Shown here: positions 43,937 through 57,500 of the stretch, one piece after another
Layout of the letters: the number at the start of each line of letters is the position of its first letter
How positions within the stretch are numbered: position 1 is the stretch's first letter
The notes under the pieces: generated by a model
The model's database searches: none
What the model was told of the DNA's origin: nothing
What the model saw: only the letters and a program-made list of their open reading frames with translations
NCBI GenBank assembly: GCA_044892525.1
Contig: CM097885.1
Location: 45,448,001-45,512,000, forward strand
Reading direction: 5' to 3'
Length of the DNA: 64,000 bases
Source: Schmidtea polychroa
Taxonomy: Eukaryota
Made by a program: the position numbers and the translations under genes

Positions 43937-44163
43937 CCAGTACAGTGTAAATGTTGTGTTATTAATTTTTATTAAGAAAATTATTATTTAATAATCTTAG
44001 AAAATGTTTATGGAAAAATATATATAGCTTTTTTTTAATTATTAAATTTATTTATTATTTCCAAGGTACTTGTTACATTTATATTATTGTAGATTTTATT
44101 TTCATAATTAAAAGAAATACAACTAAAATGTTTTATTTTAGAGCAAAATCATTTTATTTAAAT

Positions 44164-44901
44164 TTAATAATCTACTTTTTCATTTCTTTGATTATTTGCC
44201 GTCCGATTAATAATAATGATGCTGGCCAGCACAATACAAATGAACTGCAGAACGATATAAACCAAAGATAAATAAAAGAAAATTCTTCTAATAGATCCAT
44301 AATTTTTGAAGTTATCCAAACAAATATCTTGTCTTATTGCAGTCTCGTAATTCTTATTTAATTTATTTAATCCAGAACTGGAAAAATTTCCACAATTTTT
44401 GGAAGGTTCTTTACAACAATAATCTGGCAGTTGTATTGCTTTTACCAAGTAATGAGTAAAACAACATTCCCGTTTCGCTTTCTGGGAATCTGTTAATGTA
44501 TAATTACCCTGAATCATAACTGCTGGGAGATCTCTTATTCTTGAAATCGTTTTCATTACGTCAAATTGGGTATTATTTGATAGTAATTTTTCAATATCAA
44601 TTGCTCCATAAAAGACAAATGTCATGACGGAGGCCTCAATTATTAGAACTGCATTTGCTAAAATAATAAATGAAAGGAGCATGCATTTGTTTTCAAACAT
44701 TGCTCCGAAAAATCCGAGGGAGGCTATCCCAACAACACCAGTGCCCAAACCAATGAGCAATATGTAAGCAAGGTTGAGGAAGGAATTTTCTACGACATCA
44801 TTCACTTGAATATATGTAAGAGTAATTACTTCCGAAATCCCTATGACAATAAATAATCCGTTGATGATAAGCAGTAAAACGCGAGGATTGCAAAGAATCA
44901 T
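44164..44901 (-). CDS. Tetraspanin-family protein (intronless), paralogue A
   Basis: 245 aa with four hydrophobic segments, LGFFGAMFENKCML (the tetraspanin GxxGAxxExxCxL motif) and a large loop with CC, PxxCC and distal Cys. The canonical CCG is CCF here. Confidence 0.9.
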   Translation of the reverse strand: MILCNPRVLLLIINGLFIVIGISEVITLTYIQVNDVVENSFLNLAYILLIGLGTGVVGIASLGFFGAMFENKCMLLSFIILANAVLIIEASVMTFVFYGAIDIEKLLSNNTQFDVMKTISRIRDLPAVMIQGNYTLTDSQKAKRECCFTHYLVKAIQLPDYCCKEPSKNCGNFSSSGLNKLNKNYETAIRQDICLDNFKNYGSIRRIFFYLSLVYIVLQFICIVLASIIIINRTANNQRNEKVDY

Positions 44902-45241
44902 TTACATTAATTTATGAAAAAGTCAATAAATGATGTTTTGTAAATCAATCTCAATCTTTTCTTTATTTTACCCTAAAATATGTTAGAGTTAAGTAAAATT
45001 GATTTGGAGGCACAGAATCGTGTGAAAGGCATTTTTATCAAACGAGACTTGAAAAACAGACTTATTCTGGAATGTCGGTCAAGAGGTGATAGTACCGAGG
45101 CCATGAAACTGATGCCGGTTTCCCCGAGTCAATCAAGGTTTTAGTCAAAATCATAATTGACACGATCCTCTGCCGATAAGTATCGCTTGTAAAAAAAATT
45201 GGAAAATAATTATATTTAACTGGGAACGTCTAAATTTAGAA

Positions 45242-45630
45242 ATGTCGCAATCCAGCAATCTCAGCGAAGAAGATCAGCACGACGAGATGATCACTCGACT
45301 CCGGACCAGGTACATCTGGTTCAAGATCCACAAGTGGAATCTGGGTCAAGACCTCGACAACTGGGGTCCCGTAATTCGCAGTGGGCCGGACCCCGATGCC
45401 CCAGCATGGGTCAAGACAAAGCCTGATAATAATTGGCTATTGTAAGCCTGAGATCGAGCCATCAGTGCAATATATACGGTGCAATATAAGCTTCGGTTGA
45501 TCCAAGCCTAGATCCGCGCGGTCGAAGGCCTGCAAGCTTATCGAAGAGGCCGAAGTCGAGCCACTTCCCGAGAAAAAAACGCGGAAAACCCAGAAAAGTG
45601 GCTCCAGGAAGTTGAACGCGAGCCTGTGAT
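45242..45630 (+). pseudogene. ORF X (copy 2), orphan AT-hook-like protein, disrupted
   Basis: MITRLRTRYIWFKIHKW motif. Premature stop at 45445; aaacgcggaaaacccagaaaa (KRGKPRK) lies downstream. Confidence 0.7.
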
Positions 45631-46265
45631 ACTTGTCTGCAATAACAATAAACAATATTTTGTGATTATCATTCTTATCTATATTACAATGATCCCGTAG
45701 CTTGTGTGATACTCATTATTAATAAAAGGAATTGTTATAAATCTTTATGTCGAATTATTTTTCAATTTAAGCCTGGTCACAGAGATATAGAATGCGCATG
45801 TGGGTTTACTATCATTTATATGTCCGTAGGGGGTTGAGGTTGATAGTGCTCTCAAGCAGGAGAGAGGAATAGTGGTGGGTTACAGGTGGTCGAGAGTTTG
45901 TTTTTTAGTGCTGTTACCAGCGTAACCCAAAATACAACGTTGTTCTCCGCTTGGCACCCGTTGAGTAATCAATGTTGGTACTGTACCAAGGGGTTGAGTA
46001 CTCGCAAAAAGTGAGCGCACCAAGGCACTATAATTGTCGAGTACTCTATGGGTCCACGGACTACCGTTAGAAGGTTTGTGTCCGATTTCCTCAGGTCCCT
46101 TGCCGAAATTGTTTTCCCAGAACTTCACACGCAAACTTTCATTCACCAAGCAATTATGAAACAAAATACCCATATATTAATTTAATAAAATTTGAAGATA
46201 TCCATCAACTTAATAAGATTTAAGATTGGATCGTTGGTATAACTGTCTAGTCCCATCGCAGATGT

Positions 46266-46730
46266 TTACGTTGGTGTTGATTTTTCTTGGCATTCAGGTT
46301 CGGCCAACCTGGCTTTCTTCAGTTTCTCTCTGATGTTGCGTCCTAGCCGCTTCCGCTTGGGTTTGTTTTCCGCGGCCGGGGGGTATATCGCTGCCAGTTC
46401 GAAGGTCAGCGGCCGGATTTGTCTTACCGCGGCTTCGTGGACGATTTGCTCATTGCGCTCGGTTTCTAGCGCGCGCACTTGTAATTTTAGTTCGCGGATC
46501 TCCATCTGGTCCTGTGTGGCTTGGGCCTGCAGCTGGAGGATCTGTGCAGTCTTCTTCTTCATATCTAAGGGACTGAACCACGTGCCCTCGAACTCCCGGC
46601 ACTTCCCTTTGAGCTTGTTAACCCGGGCTCGGAGATCTTCGGCCTGTTTTTGTGCCTGTTCCCGGTCTTTGCGTAGGTTTTCAAATAATTTAAACACTAA
46701 AACATAAAGGAATTTATCAACTGCATCCAT
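46266..46730 (-). CDS. ORF Y (copy 1), orphan coiled-coil protein with basic C-terminus
   Basis: Homologous to 51390 and 59592 (CRxxExTWFxPxxMxK, QxQxxQDxxEIRxLKL, IRP, basic tail). Homology starts at a ttttag|tg acceptor near 46697. Confidence 0.75.
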   Translation of the reverse strand: MDAVDKFLYVLVFKLFENLRKDREQAQKQAEDLRARVNKLKGKCREFEGTWFSPLDMKKKTAQILQLQAQATQDQMEIRELKLQVRALETERNEQIVHEAAVRQIRPLTFELAAIYPPAAENKPKRKRLGRNIREKLKKARLAEPECQEKSTPT

Positions 46731-46965
46731 ACAAAAAGGAGATTCATTTAATCATGCATCAAAATTATCAATTAACGTCGGTTGCTTGATCCTTAAGGCA
46801 TACTATAATCGCTAAAACCCCCAACTTGATCTCAAAATACGTTATTTAATGATGAATATAGGGAAAATTACAATTAGTTAAATCATGATACAAGGTACAA
46901 ACGAAACTGATTAAGATAAGTCAAACATTATTTTTCATAATATGAATGTACGGATCGACAAGGAT

Positions 46966-47315
46966 TCACGTTGGGCACTTGCGGGGCCTTCCTCTATTTC
47001 GTTGGGGTGCCTCGGCCTCTTCCAACTCCTCCAAGGGCACTCCTTCTCTTTTGGCCCGGAGCTGGAGTTCGAGTTTCTTTAGCCGCATTTGAGCAGCCTC
47101 CACTTCGATGGCCGCTCGATCGTGGGCCTCCTGCAGTAGGTCGTTCGTGGGTTCCGTCTTCACCCACGCCGGAGCGTCAGGTTAACTGGGCCGGAGTTGT
47201 CCACGTCCAAACCGCGATTCCAATCGTGAATGCGGTACCAGATATACCGGGTGCGGAGCCGGGTAATCATCTGCCTGTCGGCTTCTCCATCACTATAATC
47301 GTCAGAGTGAGACAT
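46966..47315 (-). pseudogene. ORF X (copy 1), orphan AT-hook protein, one frameshift
   Basis: MSHSDDYSDGEADRQMITRLRTRYIWYRIHDWNRG...(frameshift)...PDAPAWVKTEPTND...RNRGRPRKCPT*. Confidence 0.75.
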
Positions 47316-48640
47316 TCCTGCAATGCAAAAATCAAGACACTTGGCACAGACGGAGATGAATCTTAGAACACAGGCTCTTTATTAACTCTTCTTCCACCTA
47401 TTAACTCACTCCACCATCGTTTGACCCTAAGAACTCTAAGATAACCGACGAAAACTTTGACGAGTGGACGAAACAGAGGGGGTGCTAAGGTATTGCCGAG
47501 TTTTAATTACAACATGAAGTCTATGGAACTTATCGAATGAAATGATGATAAAGACTTTGCATTTTAAAATAGTTTGTATTTTAATTAACGAATTTACTAG
47601 AGTAACATAACTAGTGAAAATAATTGTAACTAACAATTCCGAATTTAAATTTTCTTAGTTTACCATTTTAATTAATAAAAATAAAAAAATCTTTTAATAA
47701 CCCTAAGTATTAGTGCGATAACTTCTAAACCTTATCCGATAATATCCTAAAAATTTTCGAAAAGGTCACTATTTTAAATTTAATATTTTTGTTTACCACT
47801 AGTTGGTAATTTGAAGTTTTATGTATGAATTTCCTATCATTTCTATGAAAATCGGTAAATTACCACTGAATTCGGGTACATCGGGGCGATAGGTATTGGT
47901 GGCGAGCTTAGTTTCTCGTTTGCTTACCTCTCCCTTGGTTGTGCTCGTCATGAGTGGTACAATCTACTTTTACGAATTTGAAGGTAATTTATTTATTGAC
48001 AGTAAATTTCCATTTTTAGGAACGTTTGATGGCAATTTTTTTTCCGGCCGGAGATGGACGAGTTTAACTTTGGGAGGTCGTCATGCGACTCCTTGTTGGT
48101 AATTTCGTTTTGTGCTTTGTAGAGATTTTATACTTGTAAATTATTAATAATAAAATTTTGTGATTTCTTGTAACAATAATTTAATTTTTTGGTAAAATAT
48201 ATATTCACAATCCATTAGTAATTTAGAAAGGTGTTTTATATGCTTTGATAATTTGTGGGAGTTGTTTCCCCACTTTTCTGACAATCTACATGAATTTAAT
48301 TTCTCAATTCAGGTTATTAGAGTAAGTTTTATCCGACTCCTAGTTTTAGGGGAACTAAATTAGTTAAGCTGTCCCACTGCTAAGTTTGGGTCAAACCAAA
48401 TTTTTATACAAGTATAGTTAATAACATTTATCCATATACCTATATGTGTACTCCCGCCCATATCTCCAACTAAAATAGATAGTCCTAACATTTTCTCAGG
48501 GGGGGGGGTGTTACTAAAAATAGACTTTAGGAATTATGATCATTCTTATTGGAGCAAAGGGGATTGACGCTAGATTTAGTTGTGGGGGGAAATCCTAAAT
48601 CGATATTTTGATCAGATTTTGATTTTGGTAACTAATAGTG

Positions 48641-48671
<31 letters not shown>

Positions 48672-48745
48672 AAATAATAATGGTAATAAGGATAATGATA
48701 ATAATAAAAATAAGAATAATGATAATAATAGTAATAATAATAATG

Positions 48746-48817
<72 letters not shown>

Positions 48818-49773
48818 TATAGCTATTTGTACTTTATATTTTTATAGTCAAAATTAATTATAACCAGTTATAATATATTTTCTACATTTATAATTTATAT
48901 TTATAACTATTTATAAATTATATTTTATAATAAAATTTTATATATCACTATTTACGATTTATATTTTATAATAAAATTTATATATATCCATGTATAATTT
49001 GTAGTTTTATAGTCGAATTTTTCTATTTTTGGCAACTACTTATAATCCGTATTTTTAGGGTCAAGATATATTTATAATGTACACTCAACTATTTATAATT
49101 TATATTTTATAATCTAGGTTTATATATAACTATTTATAATTTATACTTTTGTAGTTAAAATTTATAATTTTTACATAACTCATTATAATTTATATTTTTA
49201 TAACCAAAATTTTATGTATGACTATTTATAGATTGTATCTTTAGGCTGAGATATTTATACATTATATATCAACGTATAGTTTTTAATTTAGATTTTCCAA
49301 ACTGATATATTTGAGCAAAAAATATAATTATAGTTTACTGTTTAGGCATATGGGAAGTATATATCAAGTAAAACATAAAGTCATGAGGTATGATTATATA
49401 TATTCATAAATTGTGATTTCAACTTGAAATTTGATAGTACTCTACGATCCGACATTGATAGATCATAATTCTAGATTTAAAATTGATTATATTTTATGAT
49501 TATATGTTTATGAGCTATACTTATTCAACTTAATAAAGAATTATATGTAATCAAAAATTACGTTTTTAACTTGCCGATACTGTATAGATTGTCATTTATC
49601 ATTAATACTTCAACTTGATGACCAGAGTACATTTATACTTTATCTACAACCGTTTGAGATTTATGATTGATATTTTGGAAATTAATGTGAATTCACAATT
49701 TATACAACTATTTTAGAGTGAAAATTTAGCTCAATATAGGTTTATGAATTATATTTGGAGGAAGTTAAATTTA

Positions 49774-49775
<2 letters not shown>

Positions 49776-49856
<81 letters not shown>
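49776..49856. repeat. (TA)n microsatellite
   Basis: Pure TA run. Confidence 0.97.
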
Positions 49857-49858
<2 letters not shown>

Positions 49859-51389
49859 TTAGATTTATTAGTCATATAATTAATTCAATGGCCTACTCAA
49901 CTTATAGATTAAGTCCTACCTATACATATGCCGAATATCTTTATGATTATCATTTCAGTTACTTCAATCACACAGAAAATTTTATTTTACATTATTACAG
50001 AAATCTAAATCCGGCAACCGTACAAGTATGACTGAAATTTTTTAATGATGTTCAATCGACTACATTACAAAATTGTTAGATTGTGTTAAGTTTGGGTCTG
50101 AGATCTACTCAAATTATGGTCTTAGTGTAGAGCTATTGTAAAGAATTTTGAATGATGATTTTAACTATGTATTGCATATAAAGTCGGGAAGAGCGCTTGT
50201 TTTCGCGGCCCCACTGTGACCACTACGGCAAGCCTTACTGTTGTGTGGAAAGTCAACCCTTTACGGCTGACCTCTAATAAATAGGTAGAGTCAGACGGAG
50301 GATTTCACCGACTTAACTCCATGGCAGGACCATGAAGTGGTTCGACCTCCGAATGACCCGAACAAAAAAGAAAAATATAATAAGAATAATGCATGTCTGC
50401 ATGGTGTCATGATAGATTTAATAAATAGTTGGATGCAGGACTGAACAGAGACGCAGGTACACCAATACGCCACTGATCATTCGTACATCAAACAAGAATA
50501 AAAATGAAAAAACTTTGGTCGAAACATAATTAATATTGTCAATAGATATAACTAATCAAAGTTTAATAAATTACAGTTAATAATACCATTACGCATTAAA
50601 AAAAATACCAATACTCACTATTGAATAGGATTTTCCAGATTCTCGAAACAAAAATTTGGCATAAAAGGTTTATTGTGACTAAAATGCGTCGGTATATATA
50701 CCTATTTTTGTGTGTGCAAGTACACGTGTATGTATTGATGCATTAAAACAAACTCGAATTCTTTTTATTCTGGAATTTTCTATTTTTTAATTTTGATATT
50801 TTTAATGGCAATTTTAGTGCCATAATTTTTGTTTTTATTTTTAAATTTTTATTTTCTAATTATTTCTTGTTATATTTACCTCCATGATGGATTTGGATGT
50901 TAATTTTAATTTAATTTTTATTTTAATGGTGTTTTTCCTAATTTCTTTTTAGGAATTTTTATTTTTATTACTACCTTATTTATTTTTCTGACTTTTATTG
51001 CTCTAGATGGCTTTTATGATGGTTATCGCCATTCTTATGAAATGTTCTGGGATTTTCTAGAATTTTTTACTGTTTTTACCATCTTTTAAGTTATTCGAGT
51101 CGGTTTTTTGTAATTCTATGTTTCTTTGTTATTTTTGAGTTAGATTTTTGCACAACTTCTTGCATTTGTATTATTTTATTTAATTTCTGGGTTTATATTT
51201 TTGTTGTTTTCTCTCTTAATTAATATTGTTTACTTGATGTATTAATTTTTTAATATTTAACTGGACTTTTTGCTTTTTGCGTGTTATGTACCTACGCATT
51301 CCAGTCACAAATCAGAGTTTTGGGTCTAGAAATCAGTTCTAGTCCAACAATAGTATATAAGAGAGCCATCTAATTATGTTTGTAATTCA

Positions 51390-51839
51390 GTGTTCAAACT
51401 CTTCGAAAATCTCAGGAAAGACGGGGAACAGACTCAACAACAAGTCGAACGCCTTCAGGCAAGCATCACCAAGTTCAAGGAACTTTGCAGAGAGATAGAA
51501 CGAACCTGGTTTCGTCCCGAGGGTATGCACAAACGCATGAAACAGATCGAGCAATTACAGCTTCAAAGTACACAAGATAAAACCGAAATCCGCGCACTGA
51601 AATTACAGATGCGCGTAATAAAGACACGCCTAAATCAGAGAGCCATAGGTGAACATGTTGCTGCAGTCGTCCGCCCAATGTCCATAGAGCTGACAAAAAC
51701 CCGTGCAGCCAAAACCGTCAAGTCCGAGCGCAAACTAGGTCGGGATGGTAGAGAACGACAAAAGCGACTCCGGTTGACTGAACAAGGACACCCGGTCGAA
51801 CCAGGGTCATCACAACCCAAATCATCTCATGAACCATAA
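51390..51839 (+). CDS. ORF Y (copy 2), orphan coiled-coil protein with basic C-terminus
   Basis: 149 codons open; begins at ttcag|tg; aataaa ~25 nt after the stop. Confidence 0.75.
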   Translation: MFKLFENLRKDGEQTQQQVERLQASITKFKELCREIERTWFRPEGMHKRMKQIEQLQLQSTQDKTEIRALKLQMRVIKTRLNQRAIGEHVAAVVRPMSIELTKTRAAKTVKSERKLGRDGRERQKRLRLTEQGHPVEPGSSQPKSSHEP

Positions 51840-53354
51840 GATGTTGTGATGATTGGAATGTAAATAAAACTGCCGTACCTTCGTATTAGTATGTTGCATG
51901 TCAGTTTGATGAAGTTGAGAGGGAGAACTATTAAACTTTGGAAAATAATGGAGTCGAGGGACCAGAGAAAATCGGACGTTTATCTTCTATCGATAGTCCG
52001 TGGACCCAAAGAGTGCCCGACAACTATAGTGCAAGTATTGCGCTCATTTTTTGCGAGCACTCACCCATCTGATACATTACCAACGATGATCACTCATCGG
52101 ATATCAATTGGTAGGATCATCATTGTATTCTGGGTTACGCTGGTAGCAGCACGAAAGGTAAAATGTTTGACTATCTGTAACCCACCACATTAATATCATA
52201 CAATCTATGTACATTTGAATTATATTTTTAAAATTGGCCCATTGTGAATAATCTAGTAAAACAACGTATAGATGTTTGCAGATGATTTTTCTGTGATTTA
52301 GCTAATTTGCAAGTGATGTGATTTCCAGTGTACCAGGGAAGCTATTATTTTAATGTTAGACATCCGAAAAAAAATATTCTATATAAAGATTGGTTATATT
52401 TTCAATTATGCATTCGTTATTGTTTTCGACTTTTCATTTTATCAATTTTGTGTATTAATGCTCGAATTTTTATAATAAGACATTCATAATTTGTGCCCAT
52501 AATGACAAATAAAGGGAATTTTGCCATAAAAAGAGAAAGGTGCCTGAATTAGAAATGAAATTTGAACTGATAAAACAATATGATAGTGGTAAAAAAACTT
52601 AGGACATAATCTGAAACTGTCACTTTCAACGATTTTCACTATTTTAAAAGATATAGAAAGAATTCGCGAATTCGTTAAAGGAGATCTCGTCAATTAAATC
52701 AACGGTAATAACAAAAAATGAATCAAACCTATCCAAAAAATGGGAAATTATTAGTGATTTGAATGGATGACAAGATTAAGAAACGAATTTTGATGCGCCT
52801 CATAAACATACAAACAAAAACGTTGAGCCTATTTAAAGATTTAAAAACAAAGGAATCCGACAATTTCTACACAACTTTTAATGCAAACAATGGATAGTTC
52901 GTAAGATTTTAAAACTGGTTAATTATTATAATGTGAAAATTAGTGGAAAGCAGCCGATGCGATTACAAAGCCACGTTTGCAGAATATACAAAACATTAAT
53001 AAACAGTTAACAACCTTTCACTTTCCATATACGAAAAATAAAAGAATGTCGAAGATATTACTAATCTAATGGTAAAACTGAGTTAACAACTAAAACTTGA
53101 CTTTATTAATAAAGATATTAATAAACTTTCATATTTATATTTTGGTTTACCTTGATCTTATTTTTTAATTCAATAATTTTCATAATAATATTTATAAGAC
53201 TAGATAAAAAAAATAACTTTGTAATAATTACGAATGACAAGGAGGCGAGGATGTTTAATTATTTTAATCAAAATCATTTGAATTATTGTAATATAGATGA
53301 AACTTTATATATAAATAAAATTTGATTATATTTTTTTGTATGATTCTACTTACT

Positions 53355-53760
53355 TAGGGTTGGGTTGCCAACTCCCACAACCTCGAACCTTTATAAACTA
53401 TGATTGTATATTTATTATCTATATTATTTCGATTAGTTTTTAAAAATTAAAATTTTAAAAGTGAAAAAACCTGACAGTGACAGACTAACAACGTGGGTAA
53501 GAAAACATAAAATCGATCGCCGCGAACAAACAAAACTTCCGGTGACTGTGAGCAAAAATAAATCTTGACTCATTATTTTAGAGAAATCAAATAAATGCTA
53601 AAACTTCATAAACTGCACTTTTTTCTTGAAAAATTGTAAAATATTGTAAAAACGGAAAGACGGAATATTTACATCTCCCGGGTCATAGTTAACCAGGAGA
53701 CGGGAGACGAAAGCCGATTCTGGGAAACTCCCGGCAAAACCGGGAGAGTTGACAAGCCTA
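53355..53760. mobile_element. Second hAT-type MITE of the 43524 family
   Basis: gggttgccaactcccacaacctcgaacc ... gggagagttgacaagccta; different flanks from the first copy. Confidence 0.8.
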
Positions 53761-54249
53761 ACCGAGGATTAGGAACATATATCTGCCCAAAATCCAGATA
53801 TTAACACTATTAAATGCAAAATCTTTACTAACAGATGAGAAAGATTTATTAAATTAAACAGTTCTCTTTTTATGGATGTATATTTTATTTTTATTTCTGT
53901 AATTAGTTTCATAAATTGTTTGTTTCAAAAATTTTATATGAAGTTATATTTCTTTTCTTTTTTCTTTTTATGTAACAGGTGATATAAATACTGACAGCAC
54001 ATGTATATATTTGTTACATTATTTCTCCTAATGCTTTGGTTCATATGAATTTGAATTCAGATTTGTTTGTGTGTGTGTGTATGGGCGCGCGCAAGTCTAT
54101 GTATTTTCGATGCATTAAAGCAGTGTTTCCCAACCTTTTTTGGTTTGTTGCCCAATTTCGTAAAAATAATTTCTAAATCGCCCACCTATATTTTAAAACT
54201 GCAAAAATTCCAAGACATCTATGTATTGTCGACACTAAAATAACCGAAA

Positions 54250-54569
54250 TTAATGTGACCCTTGCGCTTGGTGTCCAGCTACTAGTGTATGTATATCAGG
54301 TGACATGTTAGTAAGAAACATACGTAGGTCCCCAGCTTTGCAAATGTCCAGACGATTTCGAGCTTTAGTGAGCAAATTTGTCACCGCACTGAATCCGGCC
54401 TCGACAAGCCATGTTGTTGGGAATGCCAGAATAAGCAATTCAACTTTGCTCCATAGATGCGGATACCTGGTATGAAACTGTAGCCACATTGATTGATAAC
54501 CATGGAGGGTGAACGATGCCTTGGCCTCTGAATCATTCTTATATTCAAGAAGTTCCTCTTGTAGAATAG
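54250..54569 (-). pseudogene. Charlie/Buster transposase C-terminal part
   Basis: ILQEELLEYKNDSEAK...YPHLWSKVELLILAFPTTWLVEAGFSAV...RNRLDI...GDLR...HQAQGSH; joins in frame to ...FLEDA at 60374. Confidence 0.92.
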
Positions 54570-57500
54570 TGTTGGGCTAGAACTGACTTCTAGACCCAAA
54601 CTTCTAATTGTGACTGAAATGCGTAGGTACACAGCATGCAAAAAGCAAAAAGTGTAGTTAAATAGTAAAAATACACCAAATAAACAATAGTAATTAAAGG
54701 AGAAAACAACAAAAGCATAAACACAAAAATTAAATAAAATTATACAAGAGCAAGAAGTTATGCAAAATCTAACTCAAAAATAACCAAATAAACATAGAGT
54801 TACAAGAAACAAACTCGAATAACTTAAAAGACGGTAAAAACAGTAAAAAATTCCAGAAAAACCCAGAACATTCCATAAAAATGGCGATGACCATCATAAA
54901 AGCTACCTTAAACAATAAAATTTAGAAAAATAAATAAATTAGTAATAAAAATAAAAATTCGTAAAAAGAAATTCATAAAACATCAATTAGAATAAAAATT
55001 AAATTAAAAGTAAAATAGAATGTTCTGGAACCGTTCCAAATCCATCATGGACGTAAAAATAACAAGAAATAATTAAAAAATAAAAATTTAAAAATAAAAA
55101 TAAAAATTATGGCACTAAAATCGCCATTAAAATATCAAAATTACAAAATAGAAAGTTCTGGAATAAAAAGAATTCGAGTTTGTTTTAATGCATCAATACA
55201 TACACGTGTACAAAATAGGTATATATACCGACGCATTTTGGTCACAATTTAATCTTTTTGTATGCCAAAAATTTTCATCGAAAATCTAATTGACACCGAG
55301 AGTAAGCATTGTTCTTTATGTTTATTTTATGATTGTTCTTTTATCATTATAGTTCATTTTATTAATTATATTTTTATCCTTTTTTTTCATATTTGATTAT
55401 TACTGAACAAGAGTGACTAGCGTCGTCGCGAATGGGTAGCATCCACGACGCTGATCAGTCTTGTTTTCAACCAGTAGCCACATGCACAATTTTTGGGTCT
55501 ACGACCCCACATGCATAAAAATTTAGACATTTTTTATTAACCGGAGGTCGCCACGAACAAATGGTTCTAACCAGGAGTAGGGCGGTAAATCCATACCGGT
55601 AGTTGGCATAGTCATAGGGACTATGCGGACGAAATAAACTTCGGGAAAGTAATCGCGGGAAACATAACACAATAAGGCCTATCGTACCGTATCCAGTTGG
55701 GTCGGGAAAGTAGGAAAATTTTAATTAATTCAACCTTTCGGTAAACGACATACCAAAAATAAACACTTAATTCTTCTATAGGAAATATATCACTAAGAAC
55801 ATCTAAACGGGAAATATCCCAGACTCAAATTAATACAGAGGCTTTCGATAGTCGGCTAATTGCATAAATTAATATCTAATATTAACAGATTTTAGTACTA
55901 CTATTCATAATTTTCTTCAATGTAATTTAGTTCACGTTCAATGTACATTTTTATAAACTAAAATCCCTTCAAAATTTTTATTCTTACCTTTATGTGTATT
56001 GAAATATAGTTGACATAAAACTTTCAAAGATTTTTTTTGGGAGTCCTAATAATATTATCTACTTTGGTATCATTACTATCATCATGATTGATTTTCTAAA
56101 ATTACATTAATAAAGGGTATATCATTCCCATATAATGGCATATATAAGTATATTAAACTTTCTTAATACATATTGACATTATGCTTAGAAAGTGCTAAAT
56201 TATAAATTTTCTCAAATGACCCTCCGGGATATATATTCATCACCCAAATGTCCTAAATGAACTTATTTTAATATATAATTTTAGATAGTGATATGTTAAA
56301 ATGATAATTTAACAATTTCCATCTTTAGGATTGTCATTATTATTATTATTAATTTTCTAAAAATTACCTTACTAAAGTGTATATTATTACCATATAAAAG
56401 CATACAGGAGTATATCGAGTTTCCTTAATGTATATCTAACTTATATTATGTTTAGGAAAGCTAAATTACAAGTTTCTTAAATGACCTCCCCCCGAAATAT
56501 ACCTTCAATACCCATTGCATAAATACCCTAAATTAACTTATTTTAATATATATTTAGAATTGTAGTATGTTAAAAATGACGATTTATAAATTTTCATAAA
56601 TACCCCTGCCATAAATCAACTTATTGTGATATAGAAGGATTACTTATAAATTTTCATAAATAACCCCTTTTCGGTTCCTATAGTCCTTAAGGACTACCTA
56701 AAAGTATTAGTTTAATTTGCTTCGGAACCTAGTTAGCTTACATTACTCTTGGAAATATCATTGTACCTCCCAGGGCGAAAAATGAGTTCATAATTTTCCG
56801 CAAGGGATTCCCATATGTGGTAACCCTATACACTACGAATTTATATTTATTAGTATCATCATTAACCTTATTGTCATTGTTATTCTTGATGTTATTATCA
56901 TTACTAATATTAGCATTCCCATTGTTACGATTATTACTATTATTATTATTATTATTATCATTATCTTCATCATTATTATTGATATTATTATTATAATGAA
57001 TATTATTATTAATATCTTTCGTATCATTATTATTACTATTATTATTACTACCATCATTCTTAAGGTTATTATTATTACTGCTGTTAGTGTTATTACCACA
57101 TTTCCACCCTTGTCATTTCCATTATTATTATCCCTATCATTATTATTACAGTATTAATCAATTATAAATTTTTGTTTTACCAAAAATTAGTGATTGGGAT
57201 CCCCCTATGTCTAAATTTAGTTACAAGAATCCTACCTTATTCACTATATAACCTACTCCAACCAATATATCGATTTTCTTAATGTTACTATTAATAGAAA
57301 ATTCAAATCGATATTATCGATTTTCTTTTCCTTATATAAAAATGTAACAAATAGAACTGATTCTATTTATAGAAATAACCATGCAGATTAAGGGGTGCCC
57401 TCGCCGAATTTACCCTGACTAACCGGATGGACAAGACACGCATTCTCGTAAACGAGCCAATCACCATCGACCAAGGGGGCAGGAACCCTGATCTTCGAAT

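Larger units (their letters stand above)
41390..45141 (+). repeat. Segmental duplication unit A (paralogous to 52380-64000 once insertions are removed)
   Basis: 41390-42000 ~ 52380-52980; 42000-42150 ~ 53170-53310; 43205-43450 ~ 53803-54120; 44055-45141 ~ 62535-64000. Confidence 0.9.
45873..51349 (-). mobile_element. Complete copy 1 (5477 bp) of the TG...CA element family
   Basis: atag TSD at 45869-45872 and 51350-51353. On the minus strand it starts TGTTGGACTAGAAC and ends GTAACCCACCA. 50650-51349 is the close reverse complement of 54570-55270. Confidence 0.92.
45200..52187 (+). mobile_element. 5'-truncated copy 2 of the TG...CA family, interrupted by copy 1
   Basis: ORF X at 45242; after removing 45873-51349 it continues to ORF Y (51390) and the conserved 3' end ctgtaacccacca (52187), in the same order as copy 3. 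Confidence 0.8.

Noticed and set aside
45880..46173. ORFs 45880..46173 and 51891..52193 as a third conserved protein
   Set aside because: Similarity holds only in part of the frame and shifts between copies, and copies 3 and 4 contain stops; conservation fits base-pairing rather than codons.
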